64,000 nt of DNA from Mobula hypostoma (Eukaryota). The notes under the pieces were generated by a model that made no database searches, had not been told where the DNA came from, and worked only from the letters and a program-made list of their open reading frames with translations. Position 1 is the stretch's first letter. The number at the start of each line of letters is the position of its first letter. This document shows positions 14,001-27,100 of this stretch, piece after piece. The stretch is taken from NCBI RefSeq assembly GCF_963921235.1, contig NC_086110.1:37944001-38008000 (forward strand). The letters run 5' to 3'. Position numbers and translations under genes: made by a program.

Positions 14001-17000
14001 TCATTTAAAATCGAGAAACCTAGGAATTTCTGGAATTTATGGAATCCTCTGCCCCTAATATAGCAGATTCTAGATTATTTGATATTTCTAAGGTAGAAAT
14101 AGATACATTAGTGTGCAAAAGTCTTAAGCACATATATATAGCTAGGGTGCCAAACACTTTTTTCACAACACTGTAGTAATTTTATGTACAGCACTGTACT
14201 GCTGCCACCAAAGAAAAGTTCACCACTTATGTGAGTGATGATAAACCAGATTCTGATGTGGGTCGCTATTATGGACTGAGAGTGGGAAGGGGGCAGGGAA
14301 AGGTTGGGGAAATGGGGGAGGAGAGAGGGGAGGGAGCAGGAAGCACCAGAGAGACATTCTGTAATGATCATTAAACCAACTGTTTGGAATTAAGTTACCT
14401 TGCCTGGGTGTCTCAGGGCTGGGTGTGTCTGTACCCGCAACAACTCCTGTCCCACATCCCTCCTGCAGTGCTCCATCCTCAGCATTTCCAACATATTTTA
14501 CTCCAGCCAGATTTAGAGATTTATCTCTGCTCCACACTGACAAATGCAGTACTGTCCCAAAGTCTTAGGCACCCTAGCTACTGTATATATTTGTGCTCAA
14601 GACCCTTTACACAGTACTGTACATATTTAAAATATCAAGGAATTGAGGGTTATGGTAAAGGCCAGGAGTTGAAACCAGCATGGATAAGTCATAATTATAT
14701 GGAATGGTGGAGCAGGCCCAAGGTGCCTTGTGGCCTACTCCTGCTCCAGTTTTCCTATGTTTCTGATGTCAGGAAATGGCTTTTTTCTCAGAAGTACAGA
14801 TCTCTTGAATAATCTGCTTGGTCATGGTGGACTCCAATTTCATCAAATTCTTTTATATATGAGTGGATTAGCTTCACCCCAGGGTAGTGATCTTTTCTTA
14901 CAAAATAAAGCTACTTCATAGAATAATCGTGGCAGAAGTAATTTCCTGGATCAGTTCTGATAATCTAGATAAATGCTGAGATAGGGTGAAGACTTGGATG
15001 GTCAGATCATGAGGAAATCCCTTTCCCCAAAACAGACCTGGGGCTTTCTCCGTGGGTTGGATTGGGCAGAAAGTGCATTCATTATAAATGTATCACAATG
15101 AGGTGAAAAGGTTAATTTGGCCAAAAAAATCGATCTGCTCATCATTGTTTGCATGTTTCATGCAATTTTCATTTGCATGAAAACTACTGAAAGCTGAAGG
15201 ATATAAGCAAGACAAAGAAGATTCCACACACCTTTCAGTTCTGCAGGATTTGCCTCCATCCCAGTGGCTACCCCAGTTAGTATGACACCGTCAGAGAGGA
15301 AGAATTCTGCAGCCCTGCCGGTCTCTGATACACTGATATCTGATGTCACAGCATGTGAGCTGAAAAGAAACCAGTGAACAACAGGCAAATTATTATTTCA
15401 AACAGCAGAGTAGTTTTAAAACCGACATGCTAAGGAATCAGTGCTGGCAAACTAATGAGGAATGAAGCCTGTAAAGCTGATAAGGCTAAATTACACAGTA
15501 TGCTCAGGAAGCATCAAAGTGATATATTTCAGTCATCCATTAGTTCCCTAATAATTGCTTAATCTTTTTCAGACTATTCAGTTCCGTGGTCTCCTTCAGC
15601 AACCCATTCCAACCTATAATTGTTCCCTAAGTAGTGAAACATTAATTCTCCATACAAATTCCTCTGTCTAAGGTCTTTGTGTGTAATTTGTATTTTAATT
15701 GGCATAATTTTATTTATTCCATTTTGATTACTGCGGGAGTCAACTAAATTCTTGTCTTTTTTTTCTACGGGCTGTTGCTGATTCCATATCTGTACTGTTT
15801 TAGTCTCCTTATTCAATGAGGGATATGCTTGCATTGAACAAAGTTCACAAAATGTTGTCAAGGCCGATTCCTGTGATGAAGGGATTAGCCTCTGAGGAGA
15901 GATCCAGCACATTGGGTCTATTGTGAACGGAAGTTAAAAGAGAGGAAGTTTGATGGAATAAAATCTGAGAGGTTGTTTCATCTCATAGAGGAACCTAAAG
16001 CTTGGGAACGTGGTGACTGTATCTCTTTCACCAATCAACCTCTCAGGTCTTTACTCCACCCTTCCCCCCTTCTCCCGGTTTCTCCTATCACATTGTGTTT
16101 CTTCTCCCCTCCCCCACCTTCTAACTCTTGACTCCTCTTTTTTTCCTCTCCAGGCCTGATGAAGGGCTTCGGCACAAAATGTTGATTAGACTCTTTCCCG
16201 TAGATGCTGCCTGGTCTCCTGACTTCTTCCAGCGTTTTGTGTGCGATGCTCGGATTTTCAGCATCTGCAGATTTTCTTTTGTTTGTGATAGCTGCAGGAT
16301 AATGGGTTGTCTGTTTAAGATGACGATCAGGAAGATGTTTGTTGAATCTTTGGCATTCTCTACCGCGAGGAACTATGGAAAGCAAGTCACTGAACATACT
16401 CAAGGCTGAGACAGATTTTTAAACTATAGAGGAGTCAAAATTGATGAGAAAGGGGAGGAAATATAGAGTAGAAGCCAAGATCTGATAAACCACGATACTG
16501 AACTGGCTTGAAGAACCATGTCCTCCACTTCATCTCCTATTCTTATAGTTGTGATTATTTTATAATATCTACATAACCTATGAAATCCTGAGTTGCAGCC
16601 ACTCCTTGTGGATCGTTTCTTCTTAGATATTAGCTTAGCTTTTCTTCTTTTGTACAATACATTCAATGCTTTTGTAAACAAACAACCAGAATCACAACCA
16701 GTTCTTCAAACTGGGTACTGAAACCATTTGTAGACACATTTCCTCTTGGAAAGCGTATCAAGGTCTGGTTAGCTTTCTTTCTAGGAACTGGTGATGATTT
16801 CAATTGGCTAACCCTCAATACATCTCTTGTCATTTCACACAACCAACAGAAATATTTGTATTTATGGTGTGCCTGTTCTTAAGTGCAACATAGTCAGTAA
16901 AAACACTTCAGAAATGTAATTTTGATTATAACAGAGCCAAACGTGGCAGCAAATTTGGACTCTGCGAGGACTTACAAATGTCAATGGGCGAATGATCATA

Positions 17001-18120
17001 TAATCCGTTTCAATGCTGTTGACTGCGAGTTCAGAATACTGAAAGAAACCTATTTTTCTTCTTGCACTTGAGCTGGCAGTTTGGACCCAGTTTTTTGATC
17101 ATAAATGAAGGATGGCACTTCTGACAAGACAGAACTATCAGCCTAAATTATTTGTTGAACACTCCGGAGTGAAGAATGAATCCATGGTCATTTGATTCAA
17201 GGCAGGAATTCTAATCCAGTGGATTCCAGTTAACTGGGACACATTGGGACTAATACACTTGGCCCAATTAAGCAGCTACACCAATAGCCAAAGTTTCATG
17301 GAAATAGTTGAAAAGGTATAAAAAAAAGAAAAACTACCATTTAACTAAGTAAAAAATTATGTATTTAAATGAAATACAGAACAAATGAGAACACGAGCAA
17401 AACTACCGCTGTACTATAAAACTGTGCATTAGTTCCCAATAGTTATTGGTGGAAGAATTCATCCAGTTTATGCTGATATGTTCTTCTGATTGACTGTAAA
17501 TAAAGTGGGTGCAGTTACTATTACAAGAGAGAATACAAGTGCTCAAAAAGCTAAAAGATCTTATGGTCTAAAATCAGCGGAAACTTGGTGCAGGTAATGG
17601 ACTGCCTTCCTACAATGCTTTCAACAATTGTATCCTCTAAATCTTCATTTTCATTATAACGTTCAAGATGATTGTTGATACCTTTAAACTCTTCATAGTT
17701 CCTAACTTGTTGAAGTGGTGAAATTGTTTCCTTTTCACTCCCAGCCTTTTCTGGCACCACCAAGCCTGAATGCTTTAAACCACATTGAACAAAACAGCAA
17801 CACATGTAAAAATTGCTGGCGAACGCAGCAGGCCAGGCAGCATCTATAGGAAGAGGTACAGTTGACGTTCCAGGCCGAGACCCTTCGTCAGGACTAACTG
17901 AAAGAAGAGATAGTAAGAGATTTGAAAGTGGGAGGGGGAGGGGGAGATCCGAAATGATAGGAGAAGACAGGAGGGGGAGGGATGGAGCTAAGAGCTGGAA
18001 AGTTGATTGGCAAAAGGGATATGTGAGGATCATGGGAGAAAGAAAGGGAGAAAGAAAGGGGGAGGGGGAAGCCCAGAGGATGGGCAAGGAGTATAGTGAG
18101 AGGGACAGAGGAAGAAAAAG

Positions 18121-18152
<32 letters not shown>

Positions 18153-21100
18153 AAAAAAAAAATAATGGATGGGGTACGAGGGGGAGGTGGGGCATTAATG
18201 GAAGTTTGAGAAGTCAATGTTCATGCCATCAGGTTGGAGGCTACCCAGACAGAATATAAGGAGTTGTTCCTCCAACCTGAGTGTGGCTTCATCTTGACAG
18301 TAGAGGAGGCCGTGGATGGACGTATCAGAATGGGAATGGGACGTGGAATTAAAATGTGTGGCCACTGGGAGATCCTGCTTTCTCTGGTGGACAGAGCGTA
18401 GGTGTTCAGCGAAATGGTCTCCCAGCCTGTGTCGGGTCTCACCAATATATAGAAGGCTGCATCGGGAGCACCGGACGCAGTATATCACCCCAGCCGACTC
18501 ACAGGTGAAGTGATGCCTCACCTGGAAGGACTGTTTGGGGCCCTGAATGGTGGTGAGGGAGGAAGTGTGAGGGCATGTGTAACACTTGTCCACTTACAAG
18601 GATAAGTGCCGGGAGGGAGATCGGTGGGAAGGGATGAGGGGACGAATGGACAAGGCAGTCACGTACGGAGCGATCCCTACGGAAAGCGGGGGGGGGGAGG
18701 GAAAGATGTGCTTAGTGGTGGGATCCTGTTGGAGGTGGCGGAAGTTACGGAGGATTATATGTTGGACCCAGAGGCTGGTGGGGTGGTAGGAGAGGACAAG
18801 GGGAACCCTATTCCTAGTGGGGTGGCGGGAGGATGGGGTGAGAGCAGATGTGCGTGAAATGGGAGAGATGCGTTTGAGAGCAGAGTTGATGGTGGAGGAA
18901 GGGAAGCCCCTTTCTTTAAAAAAGGAGGACATCTCCTTCGTCCTGGAATGAAAAGCCTCATTCTGAGAGCAGATGCGGCAGAGACGGAGGAATTGCGAGA
19001 AGGGGATGGCATTTTTGACGGAGGAATTGTGAGAAACAAAACAGTTCTTAATTGCCTTACTATTTATTTGTCACCAACTATCATTGACAAAAATCTCTAC
19101 TTTTTGGACACAAACACTTGGCAACTGACACTATTTAAAAACTGTTAGCTCTAAGCATGGTGTAGTATCTAACGACCACAGAAGTGCACACAACTGTCTG
19201 GCAACTGTCAACTGTCCCCTGTCCCAATTAAGCAGTATAGTGTCCCAAATAAATTAAAGAAATCCCAGCAGTTTTGTTCTTTGAGAGTTGCCCCAAATAA
19301 ATAGCTACCCTGATCAACCAATGGCCAGTTAAACATAATTCACTGTACGACCATGGCTGACATCTTACATGATTTAATGTATACTCTTGTTAATCATTTC
19401 CCTCACAGGCTCATTGTCTAGTGTGATATAACAGTGGTGGATGATGGCATTCACACTTAAGTTAGGCAGTAACAACACCAAGCCACTCTCCAGTACTGAA
19501 CACATAATTGAAGTTGGCATTATGGAACTGAGCAAATGTTGCTTTGTCAGGGATTCCAGCTCTTAGATGCCGCACCATCTGACAGCTTTTATTGTACAAA
19601 TGAATAAGATAATGTGGTAACCGTTTATAGAAAGACTGAAGCTCTCCACGTGTTAAAACCTCCCATCCCCAAAACAACCATCCCACTTCCATTGCTCTGT
19701 GAACACCCACAAAAAGTTGAGAGGTCTTCCTGTTACTTAAGGCTTGGAAATTAGCTACTGCATCTGAGCACATAATGATGAGATTTCCTCGGTGGAGAAT
19801 GGGAAAGTTGACATACAAAAACTAATTCCTTATTTAATTCATTTCAAATGCTAATGAAAATACCATCTTACCATTTCACAGCTGCTCTTCTACTGTTCCG
19901 ATACATCTTGCAGAGTGAGCTTCCAAGCTTCTATCTTCTCTATGTCAAAAGACTTCTATGTTAGAATGAATCAATATTCCTATACTGAGCTTATCATTTC
20001 TAAAATTCAGCAAATCTGAAAATATGCCTCGATAATATGCCCAAGAAAAATCACTATCCTTAATACCTATTACCTATCCTTGTTAACCTACTTTTTAATT
20101 TATTTGATGTGAGTGTTGCTGGCAAATCTAATCTGTATCAACTAACCTCAACTGCCCTTGGAACGACGACAATAAACCATTATTATAAATCAGTGAGGTA
20201 CTTGTTGCTGTGATTTCACATCACCAATTTTGGATACAACCAATTTGTTTGCTAGGCCATTTCAGAGGACAGTTAACTGCACTGCTGTGGGCTGGAGAAA
20301 GACAACCATAGAAACCGTAGAAACCATAGAAACTACAGCACAGAAACAGGCCTTTTGGCCCTTCTTGGCTGTGCTGAACCATTTTCTGCCTAGTCCCACT
20401 GACCTGCACACGGACCATATCCCTCCATACACCTCCCATCCATGAGAGGCAGTAGATTTCTTTCCTGGAGTAAAAATCAGTGAACCAGATGGGTTTTTAC
20501 AATAATCCATTAACTTCATATTCATCATTGCTGAGACCAGAATTTTTTTAAACTCCATATTGCTGAGAAACTGGATTGAAATTACTACAGATGTCGAGAA
20601 TATAGACTATTTTTTCAAATTATTGGTTTAAAATCCCAATAACAATCAATACACCACAATTTTCTTGGGATTGTTATATAATTCTCAGAATCAGGTTTAT
20701 TATCACTTATATAAGAGTATGCCATGAAACTGGTTGTTCTGTGGCAATAGGTCAGTGCAAAACTTTAAAAAAAATAGAGCAAAAGGGGAATAGTGAGAAG
20801 AATTCGAAGATGGCGACAGCACAGGAGACCATTTAGCCTATTAAGTCCAGACTGGAACTCAGCCAGGGCAATAAATAGCTTCTCAATTTCCATCTAGGTG
20901 GCCTTCTAATGTAGTTTTGCAAACATTTTCTCCACCGTATATTTATCACCATATATTTACCAATGAAACCTGTCTGGAGAAGGAATCTCCAGGAACTATA
21001 AGAAAATGTGGAGAGTCTGTAAAATGGCTAACCTAAGTCCCTTATTTACTAGAAAAAGGATTGTGGGAAATTAAACCAAGCTGGTGTAGTTAGTTGGAAG

Positions 21101-24100
21101 GTCATTTGGTACAGTCAATAGACTAAAGAAATGTTTAGCCTGCAAGGCAGAGTTAATTGAAATAATGAGAGTTAGAATGTACGTCTTGAACAGAAAAGCA
21201 AGGTCACAGGATGTGATAAAGAAAGACAAACAAGGCCACAAATAATTCTGTACACACTGATGGTCAGAGGCCAAATCATTATCTACAAGTAGAATGGGAT
21301 AACCACATTCAACAGAAATCAATAATTGATGAGCACAATCCACAAAGCAAAACAGGCTTTTGATAATTTATTGTGAAACTGTAAAATTCTACACCTAACC
21401 ATTTAATGCAAATACAATAAAGCACTGGAAGTTTCTTGGTCAATAGAGTATTTGTGAACTCTCATTTGCAGAGGCTTTCCAGCATTCATTGATAACGGAA
21501 TAAGCTGGCCACTGATCCACAGTACAAACATTTGTGAATCATAATAAAAAATTTAAAAAGATGAAAGTGAGAGGTTACAATCCAGAGGCTCCTCTTGCTG
21601 AAGCAAAAGGCTTGATGGGAAGGGCAAGAAAGTGACTAATATAAAAAAGGAGCAGCCATAGCAAAGAAGCAACATGAACAAAATGAAACAGCATCAGTAA
21701 AGTACGCAAAGTACAAGGAACATGAGAAACCATGTGGGAGAACAGTAGTGGCTGTGAGCCCTACATTCCCATAAAGTAGACTGAAGTGACATCGACTGGG
21801 GATGTTTAGATATAAAAACTTCTATGCACCTAATGAATACTATGAAGTACCTACCCCCATCCTATGACGAGGATGTAAAAAAAGCAGTCCCAGCACTTTT
21901 AAAATGAATGGTTACAAAAATGATGGGGGACGGGTACCAGAAATCTTTGATAGCCTTAGAGAAAAGATAAATTGCCTGTCTTAAAAAAGAATGATGGCAG
22001 TCAGGTGTTTTGGGACGTGAGCAGAGTTAAAGGAGGCTCACAGATTTACCAACAATGATATTCAATTGATAGTGAAGTTAATGGTGCAGCAATCTCTGCT
22101 GCATCATTACCAAGATAGACCATGGGTCATGCATTTGGGACCTCCTAATGACCTGAAGTTTAATAGTTTTGAAACAGTTATAATACATGAATTTGGGAGG
22201 GGCACACCAAATTCACCAGAATAATCAGATGCTCTGGCAGTACAAGGGTAACAGAGATCCAAAATTAGATGCTTTATTATTACTTAGGTTGGCACACAGA
22301 TCCCAACTCAGTTTCCTGCCATTATAAATTGGCTGAGAAGCTTACTGTACTGAGTTGTAATAATGGTAGTCTGTACCACACATATAGAATGTCACCTCCA
22401 CATTGAAATTACTCCAATATATTTTAATGCCATGGTTCATGGGAAAAGAGGTAAAGACATGTAGGGTCAGATGAGGACTAGCAGAGATAGTGAGAGCAGG
22501 ATACGAAGTGCAGATGAACACAATTAACAGGACTTAGCGAGCAGACAGTGGGATTTAGGGTGGCAGAACACAGAAACACAGAAATCTACAGAACATTACA
22601 GGACCTTCAGTCACAATGTTGTGCCGACCATGTAACCTACTCTAGAAACTGCCTAGAATTCCCCTAGCGCATAGCCCTCTAAGCTCCATATATCTATCTA
22701 AGACCCTATTGTATCCGCCTCTACCATCATCACTGGCAGTGCATTCCACACACCCACCACTCTCTGTGTGAAAAACTTACCTCTGACATCCCCCTTGTAC
22801 CCACTTCCAAGCATCTTAAAACTAGGCCCCTCTTGTTAGCCATTCCAGCCTTGGGAAAAAGCCTCTAGCAATCCACATGATCAATGCTTCTCACCATCTT
22901 ATACACCTCTATCAGGTCACCTCTCATCCTCCGTTGCTCCAAAGAAAAAACGGCCAAGTTCACTCAACCTGTTCTCATAAGACATGCTCTCCAAACCAGG
23001 CAACATCCTTGTAAGTCTCCTCTGCGCTCTCTCTATAGTAACATTCAGAAAGACAGTGGAGGAAGCAGCATAAGTACTCCTTAAGGAATTTAAATTTTAC
23101 ATGAGGGAACAATTAATGGAATCAAAGACAGAGTGAGTAATATTTCTCAAGAAGAAAATAGGGAACAGGAATGTAATCAACACACATCAAAGCTGCTGGT
23201 GAACGCAGCAGGCCAGGCAGCATCTCTAGGAAGATGTACAGTCGACGTTTCAGGCCCAGACCCTTCGTCAGGACTAACTGAAAGAAGAGCTAGTAAGAGA
23301 TTTGAAAGTTGGAGGGGGAGGGGGAGATCCAAAATGATAGGAGAAGACAGGAGGGAGAGGGATGGAGCCAAGAGCTGGATAGGTGATTGGCAAAAGGGAT
23401 ATGAGAGAATCATGGGAAAGGAGGCCTAGGCAGAAAGAAAAGGGGGAGGGGAGAAAAACCCAGATGATGGGCAAGGGGTATAGTGAGAGGGACAGAGGGA
23501 GAAAAAGGAGAGAGTGAAAAAGAATGTGTGTATATAAATAAATAACGGATGGGGTACGAGGGGGAGGTGGGGCATTAGCGGAAGTTAGAGAAGTCAATGT
23601 ACATGCCATCAGGTTGGAGGCTACCCAGACGGAATATAAGGTGTTGTTCCTCCAGTCTGAGTGTGGCTTCATCTTTACAGTAGAGGAGGCCGTGGATAGA
23701 CATATCAGAGTGAGAATGGGACGTGGAATTAAAATGTGTGGCCACTGGGAGATCCCGCTTTCTCTGGCGGACAGAGCGTAGGTGTTCAGCAAAACGATCT
23801 CCCAGTCTGCGTTGGGTCTTGCCAATACACAGAAGGCCACATCGGGAGCACCAGACGCAGTGTATCACCCCAACCGACTCACAGGTAAAGTGTCGCCTCA
23901 CCTGGAAGGACTGTCATGTCATTAAAATAGGAATGTAATGTCTGTTCCTACTAGCTGTTGTCCTAGGTACATGGTGGTGTTCTTCAGTTAGCAAACTACT
24001 GGGTCCCCAGTTGAGTATCACTGCAACAGCTGGGATACACAACCAGCTATCTGCAGCCATTGACTATAACCAGTCAAGTGGACAAGGCATAGAATAGAAT

Positions 24101-27100
24101 TAATGCTTTCACCATACAAATTTGAAGCCTTCAAAACAACGCTTGTAAGTAAATATCTGAAACTGCAATTAGTTCAAATACTATTGAAACAAATACAATA
24201 TCATCTTGAATTTAAGAAAGTAATGCCTCAAAACATATTATTGGGAGTGTTAAACAAGAGAAAATCTGTAGAAGCTGGAAATCCGAGCAACACACACAAC
24301 ATGCTGGAGGAACTCAGCGGGCTAAGCAGTATCTATGGAAAAAAGTACAGTCGATATTTCACCCCGAAAGGTCGACTGTACTTTTTTTCCATAGACACTG
24401 CCTGGCCTGCTGAGTTCCTCCAGCATTTATTGCAAAAATATAAGCAATATTTTTGCAGCTTATTGAATGCTGGTAGAAATTATCAGCAATTTTAGAAATA
24501 CCTGTGTTTTTTCTTAATGTCAGTGAAGATTTGAATGTTCTCAGCTCCTATTTGTCTGCGATATCTGAGAAGGTCACCAGCACATGCATCCAGAAATCCT
24601 TCATCTGAAACTTGTGAGAATACAAATCCTTCCACTCGAATAAAATCAGCATCTAAGAGATAAATGTATAAGAACTTTGATCATGTTTATTCTGAGCATG
24701 GCCACACTCTTGACCAGAAATGAAACTGTAAGGAAAAGTAGCTGGATGCAGATATCATTATGCTTCAGAGTGTTTCATTGCCTATTGAATTCAAGCTGTC
24801 CTTTTATAGGTCACAGGGAGTCACATGCATTTTTAATATTGGAATTGGTGACATAGAAGAGAAATGTGTGGTTGTTAGAGAACAGAGAAGTCACTTCATG
24901 TTTGGATAACAGAACAGAACTGCTTACATGAAACTCTGGCACACAAGTCTAATAATAACTTAAGGTTAGACATGTGAACATTTATATTTATATGCAGAAG
25001 ACCATAAGACATAGGAACAGAATTAGTCCACACAGCCCATCGCGTCTACTCCATCATTTCATCGTGGCTGATTTACTATCCCTCTCAACCTCATTTCTCT
25101 GCCTTCTCCCCATAACATTTGACACCCTGACTAACCAAGAACATATCAACCTCTGCTTTAGGTATATTCAATGACTTAGCCTCTGCAGCTGTCCTTGGCA
25201 ATGAATTCCACAGATTCACCATTCTCTGGCTAAAGAAGTACCTTCTTCTCTCTGTCCTAAATGGACATCCCCCTATTCTAAGGCTGTACCAACTGGTCCC
25301 AGACTCATCCACTGTAGGAAACGTCCCCTCCACATCCATTCTGTCTGGGCTTTTTAACAGTCACAACCAGAACAACCTGAAGTTTCCTACAACACACCAA
25401 AAACAATTTTTGGTACTTTCTCTTTTATCTGCCACAGTCAGCTCTAGTTTATACAATTGAAATGAGATACCAGACGGTAAACAGATTTCTCCTTCTGCTT
25501 TTATACAATATCCAAGTTATGGCTTTGGATATTAATAATTGTTCTCACCCAAGAATAAATTTTGACATTTTGGAGATGTTTTTCCACTGATTTTGCTGGA
25601 ATCTTATCAAGAGCAAGATCTTGCGGCATATTCAAAAAATGTTTAATTTCTATTGATTCTGACTTCTATTTCTTAAACAATCCGAACACACTTCATCAAG
25701 AATGAGTTATAACAAGACATTTAACAATGTACAGAATAGGTCTGAACATTACACACTGCATGTGTCTTAGCTTCCAGTGAAGACTATCCAAATAGCTAGC
25801 TTCTAATATCTTGAAATGTTGTGTCATAATTAGAATTTCAAGAATTAGTTAATATCGTGACTATAATTTCAAGCATTAGTTAATATCGTGTGGGCACGCG
25901 GCCAAGTGGTTAAGGCATTCGATTAGCGATCTGAAGGACGTAAGTTCGAGCCCCAGCCCAGGCAGCGTGCTATGTCCTTGAGCACGGCACTTAATCACAC
26001 AGTGCTCTGCGATGACACCGGTGCCAAGCTGTATGGGTTCTAATGCCCTTCCCTTGGACAACATTGGTGTTGTGGAGAGGGGAGACTTGCAGCATGGGCA
26101 ACTGCTGGTCTTCCATACAACCTTGCCCAGGCCTGCGCCCTGGAGAGTGAAGACTTTCCAAGCGCAGATCCATGGTCTCGCAAGACTAACGGATGCCTTA
26201 AAAGTTAATATCAAAGTAATGTATTGAATCCTTATTAAGGTGGGATAACTAATATGGAATATTATTGCTATTACATATTAAAGATATGCATCAACTTCTA
26301 AAAGTAAGAACTATTTTTGTGTGTGATCGAGGACTGCAACACAATTTTTACTGACATACAGACCTGCTGCAAGTGCAACTGCCAATGCTTGTGGATTGGC
26401 TGCAGAAAGAATCTGAACCCCCAGAGGAATTCTGGGATGAGACTGTCTGACAGCAGCACATATAGTCGCCATGACAGCAGTCACTTCTGGACCAACACTT
26501 GAAGTGTATGGAATATCGTGCATATTTTCCACAATCAATCCATCCTTCGGAGAATCAGATAAATCCAGACAAAATTAGTCGGATGGATATGTAAATAAAT
26601 ACAGTTCAATTTAAAATGATGACCTTTTTATATCAACTAATTTCAACCTCTAACCTAATCAAAGTACTTCCAAAGTCAAAGGCATTTCAAACAGGAGATT
26701 ACAAATGTAATGATGGTTGAAAGTACATTTAACTTTTTTAGTTAATCTGTTTGATTTGAACATGTTAGATTATATTTTGCTCAATACCATTGATTTGAAG
26801 AATATCACTGAAGTTACAAACAGTTTCTTAAAATTTCATCTATTAGTTCCTTTTACTATTGTAGTTCTTTATTGGACAAAAAGTTATTGCTGTCTGGTCT
26901 GGAAAACTGATCCGCAAGTAAAAAAAACAATGAACATTTTTCATCTAAACCTTGTTTTTAATGGGATCGTCCGTTAGATTTTAGGGTGCATAAGCAAAAA
27001 GATCTCAGAATAAGAGGAATTTACATTGAAACTTCTTAAAACACTTGATGGGCTAGATGCAGAGACATAATTTCCTCTAGCTGAAGGGTAAATAAGAGAT

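Noticed and set aside
16150-16190. Functional hammerheads at 16150 and ~710
   Set aside because: Cores are mutated (GAAA lost at 16150; CUGA lost at ~710).
25890-25960. tRNA gene
   Set aside because: A and B boxes are present but continue into a SINE body with a TSD; no complete cloverleaf.
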